Assembly (NCBI RefSeq): GCF_001447785.1
Contig: NW_015173687.1
Span: 662,694 to 726,693, forward strand
DNA: 64,000 bases
Source of the DNA: Gekko japonicus
Lineage: Eukaryota
Reading direction: 5' to 3'
This document shows, piece after piece, positions 12,501 to 27,500 of this stretch (the first letter of the stretch is position 1; the number at the start of each line of letters is the position of its first letter). A program made the translations under genes and the position numbers. The notes under the pieces were generated by a model, which saw only the letters and a program-made list of their open reading frames with translations, did not search any database and was not told the DNA's origin.

Positions 12501-15500
12501 CATCAGCGCCTCTGACCTCTGATTCTCTTCCAGCAGCTTCTGGATTCGGCTGGTGACCCCCAGCTCCATCGTTTTCAATTGCTCCAGCAGCTTCATGCGC
12601 TCCACTTCCAGGTGCTGCTGGTGTCGTGACAGCCCCTGCTCCAGCTTCATTTGCTCCTGCAGCCAAGAGGAAACCCACTGTACTTAATTAAATCAGTGGA
12701 AGCACCATCTCTCCCATGCAAACTTTCGGAATTTTAAGCTCTGCAAGAGAAGCCTGGCTTTGGATTCCACCTGTTACCAGAGAATGGGGAGGTTTTAAAG
12801 CTTTAATAAAAAACGGATTTGCCTTGAAGCACATTACGATTTATTGGTCCCTTTAACCTAGAGCTATCTTGATGCCTGTCAGTGAATGTCCAAGGTATCA
12901 GGAAATGTCCTTCCTAGCCTGGCTACCAGTTATTCTTTGAACTGGAGATGCTGAGGATGTCTGCTTATGTATACATATGTGTATATGGATCAAGATGGGT
13001 AGCTGTGCTAGTCTGTCTGTAGCAGCAGAAAAGAGCAAGAGTCCAGCAGCACCTTAAAGACTAACAAAATATGTGGCAGGGGATGAGCTTTCATGAGTCA
13101 CTGCTCACTTCTTCAGATACAGCTAGATTGGGAGTCCACCTGTCCTCTTTACCAGAAAATGCAGTGATTTCAGATGCCAAATGATATTAGCAGGCAAATG
13201 ACAATAGCGGGTATTGTCATTCACCTGCTATTGTCATTCACCTGCTGTTGTCATTTGCCTGCTACTGTCATTCCGCATCTGAAATCACTCCACTTTCCAA
13301 TAAATAGGACAGATGGACTCCCATTCTAGCTGTATCTGAAGAAGTGGGCAGTGACTCACAAGAGCTCCTACCCTGCCACAGATTTTGTTAGTCTGTAAGG
13401 TGTTGCCGGACTCTTGCTCTTTTCTACTGCATATGTGTACATGGTTCTTTATGGAGTATCATTGGCCATCTCTGATTGTAGGAGATTACAATCTAAATGT
13501 GGACAGAGGGGCAGGGACTGTTCCCTCTAAGCTGTGGAGTTTTGTGAGCAAAAATTCTACTTTGTGAGCTACCGGCATTAAAGTTGTGAGCGAGCGATTT
13601 GGCTACTGCATACATTAGTCTGCTCTGGAGCCATCCTTCCTGAGCGAAGACAGAAATGTGTGAGCCGGAGGCTAAAAAACTGTGAGCTGGCTCACACTAA
13701 CTCAGCTTAGAGGGAACACTGGCAGGGAGGGATAACAGGCAAAAGGGAAGGGAGAAGGAAGCAGAACATAAAAAGAGCTCTAGTGGATTGGACCAGTGGT
13801 CCATCTAGTCCAGTATCCAACAGCATCCAAACAGATATCTTGAAAGGCCCACAGGCAGAGATACAGAGGCCAAAGTCTTCCTTTGTTATTGCCCCTCAGC
13901 AACTGGTATTCAGAGGAATGCTGCCACTGAGCAGGGAGGTTCTATTTAGCCATCACCTATCCTCCACGAATTTGTCCAGTCACAACATCCTGTGGCACTC
14001 AGTTCTATAAGTTAATTATGTATTGCGTGAAGAAGTATTTTGTTTGGTCCATCTTGAATCTCCTATCAGTCAATTTATCAGTGTTATCTCTAGTATTACA
14101 GGATACAGAGAAAAAGAATGGAAGAATCAAGGGAAGAGAGAATGAACACAAGCCTCATTACCGCCTTCATACTCTGGAGGATTTCTCCCTTTTGGGTTTG
14201 GTTCTGCTGCATCAACTGCGCCTGTTCCCTCTGCTCCACATCTAACCAGCGTTCAAACTCCAGTTTCTCCTGCATTTTCTGCTCCTGAGAGAACAAAGAG
14301 CCTTGTCAACATATCCAAACCGCCCTGGTCACTACCCAAGGTGTGGACCAAGTTCTCCCAAGAAGCAGATGAGATGATAAACTTGCACTGGGATTGTACC
14401 ACTTCAGACTGCAGTGCAGGTAGGGGCTGGCATGATTGTATTTTTTTTAAAAAAACCTCACAAATTAAAAAACTAGCACATCAGGTAGAAAGCCAGGCAA
14501 GAACTTCTGTCCTTGACATAATGGGACTTTTAAAAAATGCACAGTGGTATATTTTTTGTATGGAGAAGTATTACTTCATACGAGGCCTACCTGCAGCATG
14601 ATGTGGTACAGCCCAGATATAAGTTTCCTTCCTCATTTGTTGCTTGTGAGAACTAAGCCAAAGTCAATTTCTGCAGATGGTGAAACCCAGAACATTTAGT
14701 ATGGAAAAGCGTGATTTTTCCACCAAAGAGCTCAAGGTGATATATGTAGTTCTTCCCTCCTAGATTTTGTTTTCAAAACAATCTTGTGATGGAGGTTAGG
14801 ATGAGTGACTGGTCGCCCAGTGAATGGGGATCTGAACCCAGCCGTTTGCAGTCCCCACCTGACACTAGTCACTCCCTCACACTTACTCACTTGCCCCGCC
14901 CTCTCACCTTTTGGGCAGTCCTCCCATTTGTGACAGCAAACCAGTTCAGGAGGAGAAAACAAGCAGACAGACAGACAAGTAGAGACATGGTACATCGCCC
15001 CACAAGATCTAGATAGCACTTGTTGATGTGCAAAAGTCTTTAGTTTTATCTATTGCTTCCATTTCCAAGTCTAGAACTTGTCTCAGATGACCACCTAGCC
15101 GAGGGCTTGACAAAAGTTACCACTCCTCCAACCCTGGCTCTGTGGTTTCTGCACCAGAACAACTTCTCCTCTGCTCTCCTCAAGAGCTCCAGGAGAATTT
15201 GTCCACAGGGGATGGCTACAGAAGGCTTGGGCTGGTTTGCCACAAAGAAGGGCTAGTCAAAGGAAGACTTCTTACCTTCCGCTTCTCATACTCCAGAAAT
15301 TTGTTCTGAAAGGGAAACACAAACAGAAAAGAGAAGTGAGCTTTCATGGGCATTCTGAGATCCAATGTGATGTAGTGTTTAGAGTGTCAGACTAGGATCT
15401 GGGAAACCCAGGTTCGAATCCCTACACCGACATGGAAGCTCGGTGGGTGACCCTGGGTCAGCCACACACTCTCAACCTAACCTCCCTCACAGAGTTGTTG

Positions 15501-18500
15501 AAAGGGTAAAACGGAGGTGTAAAGTGCTTGGTATAAATTAAGTAAATTGATAAATTAGGGCCGGTTGTTAGGCTGTTCTTATGCTGTGAAGCAAAAGTGA
15601 CCATTTCTGAGCCAGAAAGAGGAAGAAGAAGAAGAAGAGATTGGATTTATACCCCGCCCTTCACTTGGAGTCTCAGAGCGGCTTACAAACTCCTTTCCCT
15701 TCCCCTCCCCACAACAGACACCCTGTGAGGTGGGTGGGGCTGAGAGAACTCTGACACAAACTGCTCTTTTTCAAGGACAGCTGCGCCAGAGCTTGTGACT
15801 GATCCAAGGTCACATCAGCAGGTGCAAGTGGAAGAGTGGGGAATCAAACCCGGTTCTCCCAGATTAGAGTCCGCACACTTAACCACTACACCAAACTGGC
15901 ACCAAACCACTACACTGCAAAAAGAGCACACTGAGGGCACCTTGCTCAACCACAGAATGAAGCAGACCTGTGAGAGGAGGATAGACAACGACACTCTGAC
16001 AGGAGCTCATGGACCTCTGGTCTTAGTCCAGTGGGCAGCAACCGTAACTTCCTTGAGTGGTTATAAAGGGAAGCCAAGGCAGAACCCAGAAAAGCTGGGC
16101 TGCTTTGGGGGACTGCCATCATTGCTCCTATCTAGCCCAAGGGACCCTCTGCAGTCCCTTCTGTCCTCTTCCTCTGGAGGGAAGAGCCTAGAACAAGACT
16201 TCCATTATCGCCACCTAACAGGTTTTGCCCATGGGCTGGATTTTCATTGCTTTCAGTCATGTCGGGAACCTTGGTTGGCTGAAGAACAAGGTTTAACTAG
16301 GACATTTTCATTCTACCTTTCCTCCAAGGAGATTAGGGTGGTGTACTGCATTCTTCCTTCTCCATTTTATCTTCACACAGTCCATGAGTTAAGTTAGGCT
16401 GAGAGTGTGACTAGCTCAAGGGCACCCAGTAAGCAAAGTGGGGAACTGAACCTGGGTCTCTCTAAGTCCAACCCTCTAGTCCCTAAAACCGTACGTGAGA
16501 TGGGAGTCAGAAGTCGCAGAGGTAGTGGGGCTCTGGTGCCTTATCTATAAGGCCCACAAACCAGGCTGTGGCCTAGGGGCCCGTCTTCACTCCTTGCCCT
16601 CCCCCACTTCAGTAAAATAAAGGCAAACCATTTCTGCCACAGGAGGTGGCGGTGGCTACAAGCATGGACGGCTTCAAGAGGGAATTGGATAAACATATGG
16701 AGCAGAGGTCCATCAGTGGCTATTAGCCACAAGGTATAGATAGATTCTCAGTCTGGGGCAAGTGATGCTCTGTATTCTTGGTGCTTGGGGGGGGGCAACA
16801 GTGGGAGGGCTTTTAGTGTCCTGGCCCCACTGCTGGACCTCCTGATGGCACCTGTTATTTTTGGCCACTGTGTGAGTGTTGGACTGGATGGGCCACTGGC
16901 CTGATCCAACATTGGCTTCTCTTATGTCCTTAAGGTTGGCTTGTAACTCATAACATTTATTCTAAACCCGTTCTTGCCCCCCCCCCCCCGGCAAAAGACT
17001 GAAGCTGCATTCTACTAAGCCAAACCACTGATCATGCTAGTACAGAACTGTCTCTTTTGACTGACAGCAGCTATTTAGGGTCTCAGGCAGAGGAAGGTTT
17101 CTTTCAACACCTGTTCCTCAAGGTCCTTTAACTAGAGATGCGAGAGAAATTCAAGATGACGTCTGCTATGCAGCAGCACCTGAGTGAGCTCCAGTGAGAG
17201 GAGGTTTTAAAGTCTTTAATGACTGTCCTCAATTGCTGTTTGGTGCCTATCTGAAGAACTTCTAGGGCAAAGAAACAAATTGGATGTTTATCTTTTGCTT
17301 CTATATCTTGGACTCTGGCTTCTGGGTTTTCTGCCAGAGTGATTGCTCGGCTCCTGCGGAGGTGCTTATCGCCTTGTTATTTACCTAATTACTAGTAGTG
17401 TGAAACTACAAAAACCACAGAAGAGGGGAAGGGAACCGGAGAAGGATTTGACAGATCTGACACCAAAGCAGGCTAAGATTGGGGACTACTTTGAGTCACC
17501 GAATGCTGTCCCCCAAGTTCTAACTGCAAACTGTTTTGCTTGTGTGGTTTTTTTGCACAATTAACAGTTTTATTTTATTCCGAGAAAAAAACAACCAGAA
17601 TATAAAAGTATTAACATTAATAACAGCAAAGTCAACAATAACAACAAGAAACTTACTAAAATAAATAATCATTCAAGATGTTTTGGTAGACAATGAACAC
17701 TGAACAAAAAAGACAACAAACAATACACGAGCTCACCATACTTTCTGGTACAGTCTGATATAATGCAACCTATCTTATCAGTAAAATGCAAAATCTCTAT
17801 ATTTTGGGGGTAGCTTATACTCTTGCTTTTAGTTTGATGACACGTAGTCAAAGAAAGCGAACCATTTATCCATGAAGTTATTTACTCGTGTCGGGTTGTC
17901 AGATACTAGTAACTGAGTCGCCAACTTATCAGAGACTGCAATATCCCATACTTTTGCTATCCAATGTGTCAGAGTAGGTATTTTAGTTAATTTCCAATTT
18001 TGTGCTATGAGGTATTTTGCAGCCATCAGTAGTAATGATAATAGTTCAGAGGCCTGTTTGGTCAGGGTTATCTCAGGCCAATAATGTAGCAAAAGAGATT
18101 CTGGAGAATTAGGCAACATATGGCCTGTGATCCTTCTCACTTCTTCCAGAACCTTGATCCAAAAAGTGTCAATTCTAGGACAAGCCCACCAGCAATGGAT
18201 AAGTGTTCCAGCATTGCCACATCCCTTCCAACAGAGGGGGGTGGGCTTATATCGACATTTAAGTAAAAATTCTGAAGTGAGATACCATCTCGCATACAGT
18301 TTAAAATGTTGTAACTTTAGGTTTATGGATTTACTAGTAAACATGCAGGAATTCCACATTTCTACCCCGTTTTTGCTTGTTTAAACACGGATGTCGAACC
18401 TGAGCCGTTTCCCCCAAGTTTCCCTTTAAGGGAGCCGCATGATATAGAAGCTATGACGGAGACAGCAGGTCTCAATGCAACAAATGAACCATCAGCTGAC

Positions 18501-21500
18501 TTATTGTTACTTACGGCAAAACCAGTTGATTTCACTTTTCAACAACTTCGACTCTTGCACTCCAAGATAGATAAACTATTGGCTGGGAGCAGGAAAGAAA
18601 CTCCCCCCCCCAAAATCAGGGGAGCAAGGAAAGCCATATCCAACCTATGATGTGGGGGAGCAGAACTAAGTCGACCGCCCTTTACCAACTAACTTGGCAG
18701 CCGTGCCAAATTTACCTGTGTGTTGGCCATTATAAAGGCACTCTTCCCTTGAGGAATACAAAGACGGTTGCCAGATGGCACCTGAATGAGCTGTTTGGGA
18801 GACGCATCAGGCACGTGGATATGCAATCAGCAGAGCTGCTGAATAGCTCTAAACAGAGCCAGAGAGTTTTGCTAGCCTTTTACAGCCCTACAATACCGAG
18901 AATACTACCCTGTAATAAAGAATGGCTGCAGACTAAAGGCATCTTCTCACTTTGTGTATTTAAAAACTAGAGATGCCAGAGACTGGCTGCCACTAGTTGG
19001 GAAGATTCTACTGGGAGAGATGTTCCACATTCCTGGAGCAGCCCCCTGCTCACCTGCCATTCGGCTTCATTGTTCGCATATTTACAAACTGTCCTGCTGA
19101 TCCCATCCACCGAGGTCTCTCCTCCATCGCTTTCCAGCACCGGAAGTAAATACTGGGATGGGGGGTTATATTCAATTCCGGATTCTAGAAGGACAAGGAG
19201 TGCAACACGTCAGACTACAAACCTCTGTGAGAACAGGTAAGGTTCAGAGCTCAGAACCAGCCTACTGGACCAGGGAGATCAAGATGCAAACGTCTGCAGA
19301 GCCATGAAACCCACAGGGTGGCCTGAGAAGACTGTGAGTCTGAGCTCTCTTATGGAGTAGTAAAGAGAAAAGGGGATAATTCCATGTTTGCCAACATCAC
19401 GCATAAACAAACCTGCCCACCCAAATTAAAATACACAGCTGAATGCCCTTAATTTGCCCCAGGGCACCTGCTGTGTGTTATCAGGAGTGATTTGAAGCTG
19501 AACATGTGAAACTGCCTTGTATGGAGCCAGAGTATTAGTCCATGTCACTCAGTATTGTCTACTCTGGCTGGCAACAGCTCTCCAGTCTCTGACGAAGAAG
19601 CTCCTTCCCAGTACCTGAGATTCTTTAACAGGAGTTGCCAGGGATTTAACCTGCTTAATTAAGGAATCATCTAGCCCAATTCAATGGGACTTAGATCCAA
19701 GGACATGAGCGTAGGATTGTAGCCCTATGGAGAGAGAACTATTTCCGTCTCTTTCAGTAGTGCCTGATATGTCTTCTCAATACTGGGCTCCATTTCAGAC
19801 TCTGAAGGTTCTCAACCTTACTCACCTTCACACAAAAACTGCTGGATGGCTTCTGTGCCAGCGCTGCAGATGGTGTCCGGGGGATAGGTCATGGACGAGG
19901 CGTCCAAAGTCATCGTCTGCAGAACATGAACACATACAGGCGGAACTGTAGCTCTCGGGTTCTGCCCAACCTTCAGATCAAACCAGATCCTAGAAAGGCC
20001 AGCACACCATCCAGGGTACAAACCTCAAAAGACACACATCAGAAGCTTCAGCTGATTCCTTATGCGGCAGCATTACTGCTAAGCTGGGCTGCTTCTACTG
20101 TGAGCATATTCAGTGGATTCTCAAGCAGCTACGCTGGCTGCCACTTTTCTTTCGAGCTCAGTTCAAGGGCTGGGACTTACTTTTACCAGCCCTTCATGGC
20201 CTTCATCCATGAACCTGAAGGACCGCCTCTTTCCATATGAGCCTCAGACCCTATGAAGACCAGCCCATCAGGCCTTACTGGCAGTACCACTCCCCCACAC
20301 TCTGCAAGCAGGTGAAAATGATGCGGACCAGAAATCAGTTGGAAAGACAGTGAGAGAAATTTTTAAAAGGAAATATTTTCCAACTTGGTTGGAATTTCCC
20401 CTTGTGGGTTTCACAGCATCCTGGCAAGCAAAGAAACAAGCCCACGCCAAACAAGAGACTACCCAGCTGTACCTCAAGGGTCCGGATGTGAGCCAGTGCC
20501 TGGGGCAACACCCGCACCTGGTTCTCACTAATATCTAAGGTCCGCAGGCTACGTAGGTTGCTCAGACTAGCAGGCAGCTCCTTCAGCTTATTGCCTGCAG
20601 TGGGAAGGGGAAAAAAGATAGATACTCATTAGTCAGTACGCCATGGGATACTTAAACTGGTGGGAAGCTGTTTCCACATACACAACATAAACATGATCTA
20701 TGTCATGGATGGCCAACTTCTTCACCCTGAAGAGCTGGACCTTTCGTGCAAAGTACTGCTTTCACCTTGGTGGGCATCTTGTCCAAAATAAGAAAATTAC
20801 CCAGAATCCTCTGCATTGTGGCAGAAGTCTCTGGGACGTCATCTCACTGAGTGATGAAAAACCTCAGCTAGGTTGGAAGGTTTGCCAGACAGGTGCAGTT
20901 CCCCAAGTGAAGTTGCTTGAAGGAAGATGCTGGCCAAGCAGCTGCTTCCAACTTGGGGAAGTTCACAAAGAAGGAGGCTGAGGCCTGGACCTGGACCATA
21001 GGCTGTAGGTTAGCCATCCACCCTCTAAAGTGGATTTGTATACTGGGTATGGCACACAGCCATCACTCTTCCTATTTCACAATTGTGCATATAAAACTGC
21101 CTAGACTGAGACAAACCACTGCTTGCTCGGGCTCAGTATTGTCCACCCTCCCTGCCAGCCGCTCTCCAGCAGAGGAAGAACCTTCCTAGCCTTGCTACCG
21201 AAAGATAATCTAATTAGAGATGCCAAGGACTGAACTTGAGACATGGGACCTTCTGCAGGCAAAGCTGTCACTGAGCTACAAAAGCCCTTCCACTACATAT
21301 ATGAAGGTACCTTATACAGGGACCGTCCGCTGGCCCATCTAGTTCAGCATTGTCTTCTCTGACTGGCAGCAGCTCTCCAGCGTCTCAGGCAGAGAATGGC
21401 TTCCCCATCACTTGTCACCTGAGACCCACCAACTGGAGATGCCAGGGACTGATCCCAGGAGCTTCTGAGTGGCAGTGGAGCTCAGGCAGGAAAGGACTTT

Positions 21501-24500
21501 TCCAACACCTGTACCTGAGATCTTTTACATAATACCCCTAGATTCAGTATGCCCCTTAACCATGGAGCTAGTGGATGCCCTTTTACTTTTTCTGAACTGC
21601 TCTCCTCAGTCTGTCAGAAGGACCAGTGAAGCTGTCCATTCACTGGTTTAGGTTTCAGGAAGCTGAGTGTGGTTTCCCTCCACCCCATGCACATATCCAG
21701 AGATGTTTCATCCTACCTTTCACATTGAGAGTCTGCAGCTGGACAAGATCCCCTATCGAATGTGGAAGTGCCTTCAACAGGTTCCGTTCGACATTCAGCA
21801 CCTACAAGAGCAGAGAGAGGGGACTGGATACGTTGATCTCTCGTTGTCTATAAGGTCCAGGCCAGGCCCGTGGTTGGCCACACCCAAATCCAGGCCTCAA
21901 GGATACACCTCCGGTTCAGTTACCGCCCTAAGCTATAGCGCCAGGTGCAGCAAGCAAGTGACACCGCCATGCTGCCTAGGCTACAAAAGGCCCCTCATAC
22001 ATTCACCAGACCTGGCCGATACAGGGGCTGACATCAGACACTCTTTTCCTGTTGTGTCTGAAAATCAGGGCCAGGATTAAAAGCAAGAGTGGGTATCTGC
22101 CCAGGCCCAAAATGTGGCAGAGGACCTGCAGCTGAGAAGAAGTGCTTGGCCCATTTACTCTTGCTGAGAATGGGAGTTTACTGCAGAGGCTCTGAAATAC
22201 TGCATGGACCCTGGAAAGATCTCCCACTTCCGGTCGACAGGAGGCTGGGGAGGTAGTAGAGCACAATTCTTTGGCAGTCCCATTGATACTGATATGGCTT
22301 AAGGGAGCACAAAGGGGCTACACGCCTCTTCTTACAGATTTCCTGTTGGAAGAGGAGGCAGTGACTGGGACGCTTTTATATTCCTTTACACCAGCCCAGC
22401 ACTGACAGGGACAAAGGAAGCACGAGAAAGGGACATTCAGCTCCTTCCTACAGGAGAGAGTGGGCACAAGCATGCACAGGAGGACAGCAGTGTATTTAGT
22501 GGTCAGGGCAGGGCTGCTAAAGGGCATCTCACCCAGGCTTCCCTCCACCCCAGACTTGGAGCCAGCCCTGCGAAAGACAACTCTGAGGCCTGAGCAGGCA
22601 GAACACAGCAACTCAGTCAAGTAGGTCCCCGACAAAGATCTTGAAGCTCTCACGCAGGCTCCTGCATACTGACTGCTGTCCAGCTTCATGACGCGGAGCA
22701 GTAAATGAAATCCCAGGAGACATTCCTTCGACATTCCACACACAGCAATCACACTGGCTGGCAGAAACGTTTCTGAAAAGACTTGCTAGGATGTGGCTCT
22801 TTCTTTACCTGGAGAGTTGTCAGTTGACCGATATCAGCAGGAAGTGAGGTCAGCTGGTTGTCATGGAGATCTAAAACCTGGAAGAGGAGAAGACAGGCAA
22901 AATGAAGGTGACCCACCAAGGGGCCAAAGCAACAGGAGAAGATGATTTGATGGTTTAGCTGGAAAAGGGGACACACTTTGGTGGTGTATCAGGGGGAAAG
23001 TGGACATCATAGTATGGACTGAGAAGCAAGAAAGGAGCTCAGATGACTGTCCGGCTCTTTCTCCCAAAATACACAATGGGGCTCTGTGCCTTCTCCTTCA
23101 CTTCCAGTCCAAGAAACCGGCACTTAGCTGACTCCCATTCCCCCTGCCCCAAGTAACATGCAGAGCAATCCTACTGAAGTCTGCTCAAAAGAGCTTACTC
23201 CCAGGAAAGTGTTCTGCGGATTGCACTGTTAGTTACCTTCACAGTTATGAGATCCAGGAGACGGCAAGACTTCGGGACCAGAGACATCAAGCAATTTGTA
23301 TGAACAATCAGCACCTAGGAAAGAAACAAAGGCGGCATTTTTATAGTGGAACCGAGAGTCATCTTGGGGCATCTTCTTTTTCCTCCTCACCAATTTATAA
23401 TTAGAGAGAGGAAAAAGATGCTGGAATGTATGGACCACTGGCTTGATTCAGCAGGGGTCTTCTTATGTTCTTATTGAGAGAAAAGAAAGGAGAGGAATTG
23501 ACAACAAAAGGGGGGGGGGAGAGAAAGGAGGCACAGAATTCTCCCCAGTGGAAACAGTATCGGGACTGGTCCATAAGAGCATCAGATTACCTTCAAATGT
23601 AAGACCTGGAAGATGGTGTGGCACAGTGGCTTGGAGAACAAGCTGTGATCTTGGAGGGCCCCAGTTCAAGTCGAGCCACTGTCACAAAGCCACTGGGTGG
23701 CTATAGGCAAGCCGCTCTCAGCCTCAGCACCCCCACTCCCCCATTTGCAATGTGGCCTGCCTGATAAGATTGTCATCAAGCACTTTGAACTCTGAAAGTT
23801 TTCAGAGTAGCTTGTTTTTAAGACTGCATCCAGGATTCCTCATTTCTCCAACAAAACTAAAGATAGGCTGATGGCAGCATGAAGGAGTTTAAGAGGAGCA
23901 AATAAAACAAAGCAAAATCATTCCACTTTCAAATGACTTTGGCCAGACTCATGTGCTGGGTCAGATACTGTGCCAGAGGGTTCCCAGACTCACTCTGAGG
24001 GGGTACGCATATGCAGAGAGCCCAAAAGGTTCCCATGTGCACACGGAGGTCACCTCTGTATCCCTTACCTTTTTCTGCAGGACTTTACAGGTTGAAAAGA
24101 CTCCATATGGAAGCTAAAACAGTAACACAAAAAGAAACCAAGTCTTGGTTAGATAAAATATCATGAAAATAAACATAAAGAGAGTCACTTTCATGGCTTA
24201 AGACAGCTGAACTTAAATACCCTGCCTCCCATATTGAGAAGGCAAGCAGCAAGGCAATATGTGTGCATGGGGGGAGGGAGAAGCAAGCAGATGGCTGGGA
24301 ATAACAGCAGCTGAACACAAGAATGAACCTTATACGGGATGGGATTGCCTCTCCTGGTATACCCCCCAAAGAGCATTAAGCTCTGAAGATAAGAACTTAC
24401 TGTTGATCCCTGGCCCGAAAGAAGTCCAGATGTCATCAACCAGAGCCAGGGCCTTTTTGGTCCTGGCCACGACCTGGTGAAACTCTCTGCCAAATTACAT

Positions 24501-27500
24501 CTGTGTCCTGTGGGACCTTATGCAGTTCCGCAGACCCCGTAAGGCAAAGGTGTTCCGTCAGGCTTATGGTTGAGGATAGCGACAGTTTCCATCTTGCCTG
24601 GCACTCCCTTTCTTCCCCTCCCCCCATGGTATAACCTGTTTATTTTAAGCGCCATCTGAAACAGTTTTGAAATTGTCTTAAATTGTTTTTGGTTTTAACT
24701 GTCTTATTGATTAATAAATGTGCTTTTATATTGTTGTTCACTGCCCTGAGCCTTGTGTTTACAGGGGAAGGCAGTCTCAAAGTCTAATTTAGAAATAAAT
24801 AAATATAAATTATACAGAGCCGGACTGCTGGTCCATCAAGCCTTGTATTTTTTGCTCTGTCTGTAGTGGTGTTCCAGGGTCTCAGGCAGAGAAAGGTCTT
24901 TCCCAACAGCTGCTACTGGAGATCCTTTCACTGAAGATGCTTTGGACTGAACCGGAGACCTTCTGCATGCAAGGGAAGTGCTCTGCCACTGAGCTACAAC
25001 CCCCTCCCACCTTGTCTCCTGATGTCTTGGTTCCTGCTTTATGAGTGAATAACAGGAATGTGCAGCCTCCAATCCGGCAATCTTAAAATAATTTTCAATG
25101 TTCTGGATGTTTCCTCCAAAAAAGATTTCTATACTGATCCCAAAACATATTCTGAAAGCAAAACCAGCTGAGTCTTTAGTCCTTAACAGCTACCTGCCAA
25201 CTCTATCTTGGAAAATCCCTGGAGATTCTGGGGGAGGGAGCTGAGTGGGGATGTGATGTCTTAGAACCCGTCCTCCGAAACGACCGTTTCCTTCAGGGAA
25301 ACTGATCTCTGTAGTTGGAAAATCAATTATACTTTCTGGGGAACTCCAGGCCCCACTGGGAGGCTGGCAATCCATTCATGGCCTTGGCTTCCCAAATCCA
25401 GTCTTCCCTCAAACCACTGACCCACCATGTGGGAATCAGCACCATACCTCTGAAAGTTCGCATTTGGATATATCAAGGATATCATCGGCGCCGGCTTCTT
25501 TTGCCTGAAAAAGAGAGGGGGGGGGGTTGAACAGCTGCAGAATCCAAAGGTCATTTTTACTCTAAGATTGTTGGCCAGGGGTCTCCAACCTTCTGGAGCC
25601 TGCAAGTACCTCTGGACTTCTGACTAAGGGTGGTGGGCACAACTATAAAATAGCTGCAGCAGGAAGTAAAGCCAACCACAAAAATTGCTGCCATGGGAGA
25701 CGGAGCAAACCACAACGCGTCAAGGAGTGAAGTTGTGCCTAACTCTAACGAGAAGCAGCTCTGTTTCACAGGATGCCTTTAAAAATTAACATATGGTTTT
25801 AAAATGTTTCCTTGCAGACAAACAGCTTACTTTCGGTCACTCGGTGAAGACCTGTGTGCTGCCGTGGCCTCTGCTGCCAAAAGCACCTTTAAAAAAAATC
25901 CGCACAGCCAATCAGATCTCCAGGGGCTGATCAGAAGCCCTGCTGGGCAAAAGCCCCACCTGCCTCCATCCACTTTCTAAAAAAAGCCTTGGTGGGTGCC
26001 AGGAAAGTTAGCACTGGGTGCCTTGGTGCCCTCAGGCACCACACTGGGATTCTCTCGTCTAACCCAGAGTTTTTAAAAAAGAGTTCAGTGCAAGTGAGCA
26101 CTACCACAAGTCCTCCATACAGTTTCCCAGTTATAATGGTATGCTTCAAGCGCCACCTATGTATGATCAGGTTCTGGCTCCTTGCTGTTTTCTTTTGTGC
26201 TTGTCTTGTCTCCTACGGGGAGTGAACTGTGTTCTAGTTAAGTTAAAACTTATATCTCCAGGTTCCCCATGACAGCTCAGCCAAATGGGAGGAGCTTTCC
26301 CTGGATTCCCACGCATCTATCAGCATGTACTTGACTGCCTTCCTCCCTGGATGCAGCTCAAGCCTTTTATGGCAGAGTTCACGGAGGTATGTGTACTGTC
26401 CTAAGGCAAACCGTTTCCCATTCATTACAACAACTACCTTTTGAGGCAGGTTAGGCTAAGAGAATGACTACCTCGCTGCCACTCAGTGTGCTTCATGGTC
26501 CAAGAAGTTTGATTCACGCAAGTGAGAAGTGAAATTAAGAATGTTGAGTCAGATCAGTGGGGCTGTGAAATCTGATAGCATCCCTAGACACTGGTACCAA
26601 TCTCTTTTAACAGAGGCCATTTTGGAAGCCTACCCAGGAGGATGGCGCAGCAAAGGCCACACAGTGTTGTTACTCCAAGGTTTTGAATAGTTACAAGAAT
26701 GGGCACAGTAATAAGACCAATGAAAAAAGGAAGAAGAACTGTGACAATTTAGCGCTTGGTAATATATTCATAAATCATAATATACAATAACAGAAAATAA
26801 GTAATATATATAGTGAATGTAGACGGTGGTCTCCGGAATGGTGTGCCGTTTCGACAATGATCTTCTTCTGAACAAGGGTGTGTACCTTATCAAATATAAC
26901 AATACAAGTCTCATTTAAAAATAAATATAACAGTGTGCAAATATATAATATGAATAAGTATAAAAATAGTATGAAACTTTACAAAAACTGTCTTTCAACA
27001 ATTCATTTCTCTTAGTGACGTATTGCAAATATACTGTTGATTCTAAAAAGTACAACAATAGCTGTTACAATACATTTTCATTGTTATTCAATAATAATTA
27101 CATCACTCCACATACATAAATATTAATATTTTAAATAATTGTAAAAACACTCACCACTTCATCATGAGGCTATGCTTACAGCTATGTTCTTCAATGGGCT
27201 ATAACTGCTGAATGCCTTAACAGGTGGATTCTATGTAGGCATTATATCCTGCTGGTCTGTTTTTTCACACTGATCCTGTTACTACTCATACACAAGTACA
27301 CAAATCACCAACTCCTATGACAATCATCCATGCATATAGGTACAATAAAAAGCACTAACCATCTATAAGTGTTCATAAGTAGCATGTCAAATCCAGGGAT
27401 GCATTCAATCCAAATGGATAAACAGTGTTTAATTTAAAAATCCAAAAGGCTTCTCGCCGCAAGAGTGTTTGTCTAATATCTCTTCTACAGTAATTGCTGG

